The position numbers and the translations under genes are program-made. DNA of 64,000 bases, from positions 3,744-67,743 of the IMG/VR virus record IMGVR_UViG_3300021400_001756; one strand, given 5' to 3'. The first letter of the stretch is position 1. Every line of letters starts with the position of its first letter. This stretch comes from a virus (taxonomy: Duplodnaviria; Heunggongvirae; Uroviricota; Caudoviricetes). The notes below the pieces were generated by a model. The model worked only from the letters and a program-made list of their open reading frames with translations. It was not told the DNA's origin and made no database searches. This document shows, piece by piece, positions 48,576-58,352 of the stretch.

Positions 48576-49979
48576 TTAAACAGTAACACGTCCTCTAATG
48601 TAAAGGTTAGCGTTAACCATCTTGTTACCATATATACTTACAAATCCTTGTTGTGTTGTAAAGTCTCCTAGTGTAGTTGGAGCTGTATATGTGATTGGCA
48701 TATAGTTACCTACAACATATCCGCTCATCCAGAAGTCATTTCCAATTCCACCTAAGTAGAAATCGTTTGGTCCCATAGCTGGTGATTGATATACTTTAAG
48801 TGTTCCTAAAGTACCTGCTAAGAATGAACCACCGTTTTGTGGTACTTCATTACCTACAAAGTTTACACATTTTTGTAAGTAAGCTACAACGTTAGCTCCA
48901 GCTACAACATGGTTAGCAATTAAGTTACCATTTGTGTTTTGATAAATCTCAGCTGCTGCTAAGTTTAATGCTAATTGTAGTGATTGAGCATGTTCTACAT
49001 CACTTACACCTGGTCTTGGAGTTGAGCTCCATACTATAGCATTTCCACCAGCTGCATTTGCGAATATATCACCAATAACTACTCTCTCTTGTTCCTTATT
49101 CATTTCATTAGCAACTTGTTGTTCAAATACCATAGGCATGTTAACACCATATTCTTTGTTAACTCTATAAGCTGCTGTTAGTGCATATACTGCTCTTAAC
49201 TTATGCTCTTGAGCTTCAATAATAACTGGGTTAATTCCCATTGTGATGTCTCCAACTTGTTGTTTATTGTGTCCATCTAATTCTGGGTATAAATAGTTAG
49301 GAACTACTTCATTACTATATGTATAAGAAATAGTTGTATCAGCTGCTACTGCACTTGTGAATGTAACTTCACCTGTTGCAAAGTTAATTGTTGTTCCATC
49401 TGATAATGTTGAAACTCCAGCTGCTGGTGTTACTTGTTCATCAGTAACAATTGTTCCTGCTTTATTTATAGAAACTGATTTAGGTACAATTGGAGTAAAT
49501 GGTGCTAAATATTTTGTTATACCAGCTGTAATAGGTTGGTCTTTAATAATTCTTCCATCATAGTTAGCATCTGTTTTTCCTGCTCCTGTTGAATCGATGA
49601 TTAAATCACCTGCTTTAACTGCACCTTTGTCTGTTCCATATCTTAATTCAAGAACTGGTAATAGTTGAGCTGCTGTGCTCATTGCTTGCATAGATACGAT
49701 TTCAGGTAAGATTGTGTTTTGAACTGCAATACTTACAATATTGAATGCATCTCTTTTGAAGTTTCCTACATTTGATGTTTGTGTATATCCTTCAAATAAA
49801 TTTCCTTTTTGAATGTTTTCAAATAATTGTGCTGCATAATATTTATCATATGCTGACATTGGTTTTGCACCACTAACTTGTCTAGCATTTTCTAATAGTC
49901 CAATTCTCTTAGAGTATTTTTGAACTAATGGATTTTCTCTAACTTCTTTGTTTAGAGATTCTCTAGTAATTGTTTTCAT
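48576..49979 (-). CDS. major capsid protein (T4 gp23-like superfamily)
   Basis: It is 467 aa and lies immediately downstream of the protease/scaffold gene. The N-terminal 30-aa segment ends in RIGLLE-NARQ, a possible propeptide cleavage site. Confidence 0.65.
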   Translation of the reverse strand: MKTITRESLNKEVRENPLVQKYSKRIGLLENARQVSGAKPMSAYDKYYAAQLFENIQKGNLFEGYTQTSNVGNFKRDAFNIVSIAVQNTILPEIVSMQAMSTAAQLLPVLELRYGTDKGAVKAGDLIIDSTGAGKTDANYDGRIIKDQPITAGITKYLAPFTPIVPKSVSINKAGTIVTDEQVTPAAGVSTLSDGTTINFATGEVTFTSAVAADTTISYTYSNEVVPNYLYPELDGHNKQQVGDITMGINPVIIEAQEHKLRAVYALTAAYRVNKEYGVNMPMVFEQQVANEMNKEQERVVIGDIFANAAGGNAIVWSSTPRPGVSDVEHAQSLQLALNLAAAEIYQNTNGNLIANHVVAGANVVAYLQKCVNFVGNEVPQNGGSFLAGTLGTLKVYQSPAMGPNDFYLGGIGNDFWMSGYVVGNYMPITYTAPTTLGDFTTQQGFVSIYGNKMVNANLYIRGRVTV

Positions 49980-50023
49980 AATACTTCTCTCCTTCTATTA
50001 TTTTTGTTTCAATGTGCAAATTT

Positions 50024-50036
50024 TAAATAATATTTT
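50024..50036 (-). promoter_or_regulatory. variant promoter-like motif (CAAAATATTATTT) upstream of the capsid gene
   Basis: It is preceded, in the minus sense, by the hairpin gttgcta-N8-tagcaac. Confidence 0.3.
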
Positions 50037-50287
50037 GTTGCTATGCTTGTCTAGCAACTTGCTATAATTAAAATTTTATATTTTTTATAATTTTTAAAGT
50101 TTATACTACTGCTAGTTGTTATCTATATCTTAAATAACTAAATTTATATAAATTCAATATTTAATGCTATTAAAATGTATTATAAGCTACTTTATAACTA
50201 TATATATCTTATAATAGTATTCCTTTAGAACTTATATTGTTTTAATAGTGTTTTATATTATTAAATATTGTAATTTAATATCTAATA

Positions 50288-51784
50288 TTATCTGTGTGTT
50301 AATACGTTGTATAATGCTCTCTCTTCTTCTGAAAGGTTTTCACTGTTTTGTTCATTATCTGTAAATTTACCCAAAGCAGAAACCGAATTAAATGAAACAT
50401 TTGATAATCTCTCTTGTGCTTCCAATGCTTTAGCATTTTCTTCTTTTAATCTTTTAATTTCCATTTCTAATTTAGTTACTTTTGCCTCTTCTAGTTTTTT
50501 ACCTTCAGTTAATTTAATAGCATTTTGTTCTTTTTCAGATAATAATTTGTTAACTTGTTCTTGTAACATTTTGTTATCTGTTAATATTTTACTTTTATCT
50601 TTTACACTTTCTGTTAATTTTAGATTTTCTTTAATTAAATTATTAACTTGTTGTTGTAATTTAGTATTATTTTCTTCTAAGTTTGTTAATTTTTCTAAAT
50701 ATTCTTTTTCAGCTTTTTCTAGTTTTAACTCTGTTACTTTCTTTACGTTTCTTAATAACTCTTTATTTTCAACTAATTGTTTTTGTATTTCCTCTGTTTT
50801 ATCCTCAACGTCTTTCTTTGTCTTAGATAGAGCTGTATTACTCTCTTCTAATTTAGTTGAAATATCTTTGTTTATATCTTTTTGTTCTTTTAATTTTAAT
50901 TTAAGCATATTTTTTGAATTTACATAGTAGTTATTAGTTTCTAGTAATTTTTTGTTTTCCATACTAAGTGATTCATTTGCTTTTAATGATTCACTTAATT
51001 GGTTATTTAATTCTGCAACTTTATTATTAAGTAATCTTATTGCAATTGGTCTATTAACTTCAATAAATTTATTACTTGCTGATACTTTTGATTCTGTAAA
51101 TGACTGTAATTTTGATTCAATTTTATTTTGAACTTCTTGCTTATTATCTACAGCTATACTATCTACTACAGTCTTAATTTGATTTAATTGATTTTCTGTT
51201 TCACAATCATCAATTTCTCTATTTAAACTCTCCAATAATTTGGATACATGTTTACTTTCTGTTAAAGAAACTCTTGCTTTTGTATTAGCTGGAGTTACAA
51301 CAACATCAAATGTTATAAAGTCATAAGTTTCTGGGTCGATAATGTTTTTACCTTCAGAATAAATTTCTTCACCCATACCACGAGAGCTGATACCTAACTT
51401 TGCACCACTATCAGCTAATGCTTTTACTATTCTACCTGTAGGTGTATCTAATATCTCAGCTTCGCCGTATATAACACCTTCCTCAGGTCTTTTTTCCAAT
51501 TTTGTAATTGTTATAGCAGCGTTTTTTGCTAATGTTTCACATCTATCACCTTCTGGGTGGTCTAATTCACCAAAAAGTGTTTTTGTTTCCAATGCTTCCA
51601 TTACATCCTCTGAACCGAATACTCTATTATCCCATAACTCTTCAGTATATAATCTATCTGAATTTCGTGTTCCGTGTTTATAATCGGCAAACACACCTTT
51701 TAATTTACCTAATATACCTGATTTATTTGTGTTTTCAAATTCAGTTGATGAAGATTGAGCTTCTATTATAGTAGCTTTTCCCAT
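50288..51784 (-). CDS. prohead protease fused to coiled-coil scaffolding domain
   Basis: The N-terminal roughly 200 aa (LFGELDHPEGDR ... AKLGISSRGMG) match the HK97/T4-type prohead serine protease pattern with a His ... Ser dyad. The C-terminal roughly 280 aa are a K/E-rich coiled coil. Confidence 0.6.
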   Translation of the reverse strand: MGKATIIEAQSSSTEFENTNKSGILGKLKGVFADYKHGTRNSDRLYTEELWDNRVFGSEDVMEALETKTLFGELDHPEGDRCETLAKNAAITITKLEKRPEEGVIYGEAEILDTPTGRIVKALADSGAKLGISSRGMGEEIYSEGKNIIDPETYDFITFDVVVTPANTKARVSLTESKHVSKLLESLNREIDDCETENQLNQIKTVVDSIAVDNKQEVQNKIESKLQSFTESKVSASNKFIEVNRPIAIRLLNNKVAELNNQLSESLKANESLSMENKKLLETNNYYVNSKNMLKLKLKEQKDINKDISTKLEESNTALSKTKKDVEDKTEEIQKQLVENKELLRNVKKVTELKLEKAEKEYLEKLTNLEENNTKLQQQVNNLIKENLKLTESVKDKSKILTDNKMLQEQVNKLLSEKEQNAIKLTEGKKLEEAKVTKLEMEIKRLKEENAKALEAQERLSNVSFNSVSALGKFTDNEQNSENLSEEERALYNVLTHR

Positions 51785-51855
51785 ATCTCTAATTCTCTCC
51801 TCTTATATAAAAGTATATCTAACAACGAATAGAATAGAAGAATATTCTTTTCCGT

Positions 51856-51870
51856 TCAATAATATTTTAC
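51856..51870 (-). promoter_or_regulatory. conserved promoter-like motif (GTAAAATATTATTGA)
   Basis: About 72 nt upstream of the protease/scaffold start. Confidence 0.4.
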
Positions 51871-52009
51871 TTTGAAAATATTTTAAAATATGTAAAGATA
51901 ACAAAAGACAGTGATTAGATAATTTAATCACTGTCTTTAATTGTATATTATATTCGCTTACCTTATTAAAAGTATAAATAACTTTTATTTATAGTTATAC
52001 AAAAAGTAA

Positions 52010-54463
52010 TTATTCTTCATTGTCATCTTGTAACTTTAATAAAAAGTTCTCTCTATAGTCCATTTCGTTTTCTATAGCTTCATCATCATTAGCTACATAT
52101 ATAGCATTTCTTGCTATCTCCTTTAATAATTCTATTGGCATTGTAGTATAATTATTAGCTACAAAATCATAAGGTGCTTTTTTAAATTTTTCTAAGTATT
52201 CTTTATATTCTTCTTGTTCCTCATCAGTCATTCTATCTACTAACTCGTTGTATATTTGTTCATCTTTATTTGCTACGTATATGCCGTTAAGTGCTAGTTC
52301 TTTTAAATAATATCTATCATCTGTATTATATGTTCTATCATATAAGCCTTCTTTTAATTTTTTAGATTCATCTAATTCATCTTCTTCATCTTCTGGGTCA
52401 TACCAACTGCCATCACAAGATATTTGTTGAGAACCATATTTATCCGAATATAAAGTCCAACCTATATTTTTTGTTAAAACTCCTTCATCTATAAATCTTC
52501 TAGGATTTAATCCAGCATCTTCAAAAGCTTCTTCTATTTCTTGAAATATTCCACTATCATAAGTGTCTCCTTCTTGAAGTTTTTTACTTTCTAATTTAGA
52601 ACTAACTTTATCAGAACCGTTTTTTGTACTTTCTCTAATCCATATTGTAGAGCCTGTATTGTTTAGTCCTAATTCAGCCTCAGGATATTTTGATTTTATA
52701 TATGCTTCAACATCATCATAAAACTTACGTGTAAAATTAACAATACCTGAATCTATATAATCTGTAGGAGCTAATTTTAAATCAATTACATTACCATATG
52801 TTCTCATATCACCGTCAATTCTAACTGTAACTGCATCTCCAACAAGTGATTTAATATAATCTACATCACTATCGTCCCAATTATAAACATTAATTCCATC
52901 ACCAACTTGTTTTTTATAAACTTCAGTTTTATATGGTTTTAAATAGAACCATACACCTGCACCATTTTCGGTTATTTCACCTTGTAATTGATTATATTTA
53001 TCTTCTACAGTTTTCTTTATATCTTTTGCTGTATTCTCAGATTTACCATTTCTACTTACGATTATAATCTTATTTCCTCTACCATCCTTAGTATATGATT
53101 GAACTGACCAAGCATTACCTTTATGTACATCTAAATCATATATAAACTTACTTATATTTGGAAGTCTACGGTTTACTTGATTTTTATTTTTATCTTCATT
53201 TATTTTAGTTAATTCCACTATAGTGTCTTCCTCTCCGCTAAAATCAGATTCTATACAACTTTTAAGTTCATTTACAATATCTTCGTACTCTTCTGAATCT
53301 TCATCCATCTCATATACGTCTGGGTATTCTTGCTCTATAGCTTCAATTTCTGCATTAACTATATTTTTATCCATATCATTAACAAATTTATCTGCCCACA
53401 CATTTATCTCACTAACTGTAGTCATTGAATCTAATTCCTCTAATAAGTCTCCAATTGTAATAGACTCACTAAGTTTTTTAGACTCATCTAAATCATCTTC
53501 ATCATAATCATCATCTGTGTCTTCTTCCCAGTCATCTTCTTCCTTATCGTCCCAATGTTCATCAAACTCAAAAGGACCATCACACTCATAAATGTCTCCC
53601 TGCTTATTTGAATTATTAGCTTGTTCAAGGAATTCTTCTGCTAAAAACTCATCAGCTAACTTCTTTAATAAATCTTCGTATTCAGAGTCTGTAGAAACAC
53701 CTTCAATAGACATTAAAATTTCTTGTGTTCCATCTACATATTCGTATAACCAATTTGCATAACTAGATAAGTCATTAGCCCATCCGTTCATTCCAGACAT
53801 TACATTATCGTATACATCTCCATCATTATACCATTTATATACTAACTTAGTTATAGCAGTTACTATTTGTGTTGCAAAAGTATCTCCTTGTCCCTCTACA
53901 GGTAAATACTTATCTTCTATTGATTTGAACTTATCATAGTAACTCCAATTAACGGATTCATCCATCTTCTTTTTAGTATTGGTTTTTAAATTTTCTTGTT
54001 TATCTTTATTTTTAACCCTAAATTCTCTGTAAATCAAGTTATCTTCTTTTCCTTGGGATTTAAGTTCATCACCCATTTTTCTCATTTCCTCATAGCCTTT
54101 AGCTTCTTCGCTGGCACTAAATACTTTAAGAACCTTATTATTAGATGTATCTATTATTCTAAATTCTTTAGATGTTTTAGACTCACCTAGTTTTTCTGGT
54201 TTAACATCTTCATCTGGAATAAAATTCTCTGATTGTATAAACAACTCTTTAGCTGTATCTTCCCATAAATCTTTATCTTCTAAACTTCCATATTGTTCAA
54301 TACATTTATCATCTATTAAACCTTTATATTGTATTTTATATGATTCAAAATCAGCTTTATTATTTAATTTAGTTTGTTTGTTATTATTAGTACTAATTTC
54401 TAGTACAGTATGATTTTGTAAATCTTTAACAATACTCTCTTTCTTAATATCACGTTTTGACAT
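52010..54463 (-). CDS. large acidic head-module protein (possible portal; uncertain)
   Basis: It is 817 aa and lies upstream of the protease-scaffold-capsid genes, where a portal is usually encoded. It has a poly-acidic tract (DDWEEDTDDDYDEDDLDE) and a C-terminal internal repeat (YLKELALNGIYVANKDE / LLKEIARNAIYVANDDE). Confidence 0.35.
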   Translation of the reverse strand: MSKRDIKKESIVKDLQNHTVLEISTNNNKQTKLNNKADFESYKIQYKGLIDDKCIEQYGSLEDKDLWEDTAKELFIQSENFIPDEDVKPEKLGESKTSKEFRIIDTSNNKVLKVFSASEEAKGYEEMRKMGDELKSQGKEDNLIYREFRVKNKDKQENLKTNTKKKMDESVNWSYYDKFKSIEDKYLPVEGQGDTFATQIVTAITKLVYKWYNDGDVYDNVMSGMNGWANDLSSYANWLYEYVDGTQEILMSIEGVSTDSEYEDLLKKLADEFLAEEFLEQANNSNKQGDIYECDGPFEFDEHWDDKEEDDWEEDTDDDYDEDDLDESKKLSESITIGDLLEELDSMTTVSEINVWADKFVNDMDKNIVNAEIEAIEQEYPDVYEMDEDSEEYEDIVNELKSCIESDFSGEEDTIVELTKINEDKNKNQVNRRLPNISKFIYDLDVHKGNAWSVQSYTKDGRGNKIIIVSRNGKSENTAKDIKKTVEDKYNQLQGEITENGAGVWFYLKPYKTEVYKKQVGDGINVYNWDDSDVDYIKSLVGDAVTVRIDGDMRTYGNVIDLKLAPTDYIDSGIVNFTRKFYDDVEAYIKSKYPEAELGLNNTGSTIWIRESTKNGSDKVSSKLESKKLQEGDTYDSGIFQEIEEAFEDAGLNPRRFIDEGVLTKNIGWTLYSDKYGSQQISCDGSWYDPEDEEDELDESKKLKEGLYDRTYNTDDRYYLKELALNGIYVANKDEQIYNELVDRMTDEEQEEYKEYLEKFKKAPYDFVANNYTTMPIELLKEIARNAIYVANDDEAIENEMDYRENFLLKLQDDNEE

Positions 54464-54515
54464 AATAAAAATATCTCCTTCCCTAAATATTATTATAAGA
54501 ATTGCTCATTGAAAT

Positions 54516-54534
54516 TCAATAATATTTTACAAGG
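54516..54534 (-). promoter_or_regulatory. conserved promoter-like motif (CTTGTAAAATATTATTGA)
   Basis: About 53 nt upstream of the 817-aa gene. Confidence 0.4.
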
Positions 54535-55180
54535 TTTTTAACTGTTTAAGTATATCTGTAATCTCAAATAGTATACCTTGAAGTTTAGATTCTAATTCTT
54601 GTTTTATAATATCTTTTTCTTTCTCCAACTTATTTTCCATATTTATTATTAAGTCATTCACATCTTGGTCAGTACTTATATTTTTTCTAAAATCGTATGT
54701 AATAAGTAATCTAATATTATAGTCCTTTAATGCTCTTATTAAAGCACCCAATACCCAAATTACTTCTGTAGTATAGACAGCACATATATATTTTTCTTGT
54801 CCGTCTCTATCCGTAACTAGTTTTAATTTATGATTTTTATTACCTTTGTACAAACTGCTTGTTATAAAACTGTCATCTGTAAATAGTTCTGGTTTAAAAC
54901 AATAATTATAAGTAAAATTTCCTTTATTTATTGTAGTTTTTAAAAGTCTATTAAAGTTATTTTCAAAAGCTGTTGTGTTCTTATCTATATAAGGTGTAAC
55001 TAATTCCACTATTTTTCTTAAAGCTCTTGACCAAGCTGTAGCAATCCACTCTTCATGTAATACATCATCCACGTATAATTTAACAGATTCAATTCTCGTA
55101 TGTTCGTATCCATTCTCATAATCATAATTAAATGTGTTAGGACCTATATCCAAAACATAACTCATAATATCTACCTCCAA
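54527..55180 (-). CDS. hypothetical protein
   Basis: 217-aa ORF. Confidence 0.5.
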   Translation of the reverse strand: MEVDIMSYVLDIGPNTFNYDYENGYEHTRIESVKLYVDDVLHEEWIATAWSRALRKIVELVTPYIDKNTTAFENNFNRLLKTTINKGNFTYNYCFKPELFTDDSFITSSLYKGNKNHKLKLVTDRDGQEKYICAVYTTEVIWVLGALIRALKDYNIRLLITYDFRKNISTDQDVNDLIINMENKLEKEKDIIKQELESKLQGILFEITDILKQLKTL

Positions 55181-55299
55181 TTTTTATTTTTTAAGTAAAA
55201 AATTTACTTACTGTTCGTATTATATTACTTAATTTTTATTTTGTAAATAGGTAAAATAAAAATACCATAATTTTATTTTATGGTATTTTTATTTAACTT

Positions 55300-56142
55300 T
55301 TATTTAACTACGTAACCTTTTATATATTGCCTTCCAAAATTATTACAAGCTGAATGGGAATCAAAATAAACATCTATTTTATTACCTTTTATAGCTCCAC
55401 CTCTATCCTGTACTATATAAGTACCTAAACCCTCTAAATGTATTTTAGTTCCAAATGGGTACTGTGAGCCTGCTGCTATAGTTATACCTTGTACAGGAGT
55501 AGCTCCACTAGCTGTTTGATTACCCCAACCTTCGCTACACTCTTTACAACCACAATAAGCAGATACATTAAATGTAATATATTCCACATCCTCTGTAGAG
55601 TTATCCACAGAGTTATCCACAGTTTCCACAGGTTGTTGTGTATAACTTTCTGTTAAAGAGTTACTTCGTCTTGAAGATACATTCTTTACTTTAGTATCTA
55701 AAGTATCTATTTTATCATCCAAATCAGTTTGAGTTTTATCTATTTGTTCTTTGTATGTATTTAAATTAGATTCTAAAGTGTTTACATTCTCTTGTAAATT
55801 ATTTATATTTTGTTGTATATTATTTAACTCATTTTGTATATTCTGTAATTGTGTACTTTGTGTGTTATATAGTTGTTCCTGATAATTAACTTTATTATAT
55901 ATAAGTGATATAATTATAATTATTATAATTGAAATTATAATATTTTTATAAAACTTTTTTATAAACTTAATTATATTTTTTATAATAATTAGTATCATAA
56001 AATCCCATATAACCCATTTTATACCATACAGTATTAAAAATCCAAGTATTAGTATCCATACAATTATATCTGTTATAATTGATTGTATAATACCTGGTTT
56101 ATCCTTTTTGGACTTATTCTTTTTAGTGTTATTTTTATTCAT
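55300..56142 (-). CDS. membrane-anchored protein with C-terminal 3D (MltA/YuiC-like) domain
   Basis: An N-terminal TM segment is followed by a coiled coil. The C-terminal YCGCKECSEGWGNQTASG ... DRGGAI ... IDVYFDSH matches the 3D-domain pattern. Confidence 0.55.
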   Translation of the reverse strand: MNKNNTKKNKSKKDKPGIIQSIITDIIVWILILGFLILYGIKWVIWDFMILIIIKNIIKFIKKFYKNIIISIIIIIIISLIYNKVNYQEQLYNTQSTQLQNIQNELNNIQQNINNLQENVNTLESNLNTYKEQIDKTQTDLDDKIDTLDTKVKNVSSRRSNSLTESYTQQPVETVDNSVDNSTEDVEYITFNVSAYCGCKECSEGWGNQTASGATPVQGITIAAGSQYPFGTKIHLEGLGTYIVQDRGGAIKGNKIDVYFDSHSACNNFGRQYIKGYVVK

Positions 56143-56162
56143 ATAAAATACATCACACCTTT

Positions 56163-56177
56163 CTAATAATATTTTAT
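56163..56177 (-). promoter_or_regulatory. conserved promoter-like motif (ATAAAATATTATTAG)
   Basis: About 21 nt upstream of the 3D-domain gene. Confidence 0.35.
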
Positions 56178-56192
56178 ATTTTATAATAACAT

Positions 56193-56591
56193 CTAATTTG
56201 TAGATTGTTCTGCTAATATAAATGAGTTGATTTTATTTTTAACTTTGGTATATTGTGTTTTTAAATATTTAATGTGGTCTACAATTTCTTGTTTTTCCTT
56301 ATTAGTTTTATCTTCATTAAAAATATTATCTTTATATAATTGTTCTGCTATATTTAATTCACACTCAATATCATTTAATTTTGTAGTTAATTTTACAAAT
56401 TCTTGTTCATGTTCTTTTTTAGCTTCTAATTCTGCTTTTTGTTGTGTAGCTAATCTAATTGCCTCATCAAACTCCTTATCAAATTGAGAATCTTTTATTT
56501 TCTCTAAATACTCCTTAGTGGACATACATTTTCCTTGTACATCTATAATATATTTACCCATAATAAATATACCTCCCTTGTTTAACTCCAT
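56193..56591 (-). CDS. hypothetical coiled-coil protein
   Basis: 132-aa ORF. Confidence 0.45.
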   Translation of the reverse strand: MELNKGGIFIMGKYIIDVQGKCMSTKEYLEKIKDSQFDKEFDEAIRLATQQKAELEAKKEHEQEFVKLTTKLNDIECELNIAEQLYKDNIFNEDKTNKEKQEIVDHIKYLKTQYTKVKNKINSFILAEQSTN

Positions 56592-57127
56592 AATTTATTC
56601 TGTTCCATTTGATTATTTCTTAGTTGTGCTTTTATTTTTTGGGAATGAACTGTAACCCTTTGACTAATATTAGCTTTAGGTTCCTTCTCATTATATATAC
56701 TAACTAATTTATTAAATTGATGCCTACTTAACTTAACTTCATCACAATACTCACCTATAGTTAACATTTTCTTTAAATAGTTATCTACAATTTGTTTAAT
56801 CTCAGTGTCTGTAAAGTGAGAATATGCTTTATGACGCTTATTTAATTTAGTTCTAATATCATATCTATTTGACTCAGCTTGTTTAACTAAATTTTCATCT
56901 AGTCTACAATTATCACATATAAAAGTAATCATATATGGATTACCTTCATTATGTAATATTTTACCGGGTTGACCACATATACAGCATCTTCTATCAATAC
57001 CACTATTTCTAGCAACTAAATTTGCTATTTTTGTTCTTAGTTTACGCTTATTGTATGCTCTATCTCGTTCTGCTTGAGTTTTTAATTTTGGTTGTCTAAT
57101 ATATAGTTTTTCATCCATATTAATCAC
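56582..57127 (-). CDS. zinc-finger plus HTH protein (candidate late regulator or small terminase-like protein)
   Basis: CCICGQ ... CDNCR cysteine pairs, followed by a C-terminal HTH-like segment LTIGEYCDEVKLSRHQFNKL. Confidence 0.4.
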   Translation of the reverse strand: MINMDEKLYIRQPKLKTQAERDRAYNKRKLRTKIANLVARNSGIDRRCCICGQPGKILHNEGNPYMITFICDNCRLDENLVKQAESNRYDIRTKLNKRHKAYSHFTDTEIKQIVDNYLKKMLTIGEYCDEVKLSRHQFNKLVSIYNEKEPKANISQRVTVHSQKIKAQLRNNQMEQNKLWS

Positions 57128-57220
57128 CTCCCTACATATAATTTTTATATTTAATGTTTATTTATGTCTTAACTCTAATTAGGTTCCAATTTAAACAATT
57201 TTTATACATTAAACAACTTA

Positions 57221-57685
57221 CTATATTGTTTTAGCATCTAATTCGTTTAATTTTAAATCTAATTGTTCTACTTTACTTGTATATTCTTCTAATAATGTAT
57301 TAAGTCTATCTATTTTTTCTCTATATAATTTATTATAGTCGTATTCCTTAAATTTTATACCTATACTCTTTAATTCCTCTAAATACTCATTTGGATTACA
57401 TTCACCTGTTTTATATGTATCTATAGTAGCTAATAAATCTGCCATAAAGTCCGGTATATCCTCTGCCTTTATTTGTACTTCCTCACTGTAATAAAGTGTA
57501 TAAGCTAAAGCTATTAACATATTAGTTATAGAATCTTCTATTTCTTCTTTATAAGCATTATTGTATACTATTCTTAACTCAGATGAAATTTGTGTTTCGT
57601 AATCTTTAGCCCACTCAACTAATTTTGCTTTATCCTTCTCTCTAGCTGCCTTTTCCAATCTTCTTATTTCACTACGATTAACCAT
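57221..57685 (-). CDS. hypothetical protein
   Basis: 154-aa ORF. Confidence 0.5.
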   Translation of the reverse strand: MVNRSEIRRLEKAAREKDKAKLVEWAKDYETQISSELRIVYNNAYKEEIEDSITNMLIALAYTLYYSEEVQIKAEDIPDFMADLLATIDTYKTGECNPNEYLEELKSIGIKFKEYDYNKLYREKIDRLNTLLEEYTSKVEQLDLKLNELDAKTI

Positions 57686-57846
57686 TTGTAATTACCACAC
57701 TCCCACAAACAATATTTGTATAAATATATTATATAATAAATTTTAAAATTTGTAAATAACTTTATTAAAATAAAAATAAGATGTTACTACAAACAATATA
57801 TTGTAAATATAGTAACATCTTTTTATATTATAAAATTTGGAGTATA

Positions 57847-58329
57847 TTAAACTTCTTCATCCGTTTCTACAGTTTGTTCGTCATTAACTTCGACATCTGT
57901 ATTAGTATCATTAAACATATCATTTAATTCATCTTCTTCATTTTCTTCATCATTAACTTCATCACGTCTATTTTCATCGGCTTGTATTTTACCTACCATT
58001 ACAAAGTTACCAGGTTGTTCTAAACATACCGGACAGTTATCTTCACTTCCTAAAATATCTTTAGTTACAAACGTATTTCCACATATTGGACAAGTTTGTA
58101 AGTAACATCCTAAATAATCTTCCATAAATGGTATTTGTCCTTCAGGTGTATCTTCTATAATTTCTTGAGCATTTTCAATAACTTCTGTGTAATCCTCTTC
58201 AGATATTTCTGGGTCAGTTACAACCAAGATACCATCTACTACACCTTCTACCTCTACATCATCTTCTTTTGGAATTTCATTAACTAAAGCTTGTATTGTT
58301 GCTTGTGTTACATTTAAATTATTTGCCAT
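57847..58329 (-). CDS. acidic zinc-ribbon protein
   Basis: CPICGN ... CPVC, with D/E-rich termini. Confidence 0.5.
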   Translation of the reverse strand: MANNLNVTQATIQALVNEIPKEDDVEVEGVVDGILVVTDPEISEEDYTEVIENAQEIIEDTPEGQIPFMEDYLGCYLQTCPICGNTFVTKDILGSEDNCPVCLEQPGNFVMVGKIQADENRRDEVNDEENEEDELNDMFNDTNTDVEVNDEQTVETDEEV

Positions 58330-58352
58330 TTTATAAATACCTCCATCTCAAA

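Noticed and set aside
49357-49563. Plus-strand 68-aa ORF
   Set aside because: It is antisense in the major capsid gene.
50307-51771. Plus-strand ORFs of 206 and 81 aa, S/F/L-rich
   Set aside because: They are antisense to the K/E-rich coiled-coil scaffold gene and are a typical mirror artefact.
53223-54190. Plus-strand ORFs of 94 and 64 aa
   Set aside because: They are antisense in the 817-aa gene.
55840-56110. AT-only low-complexity stretch as a possible repeat element
   Set aside because: It encodes the Ile/Asn-rich transmembrane and N-terminal part of the 3D-domain protein, so it is coding low complexity.
56227-56487. Plus-strand 86-aa ORF
   Set aside because: It is antisense in gene 56193..56591.
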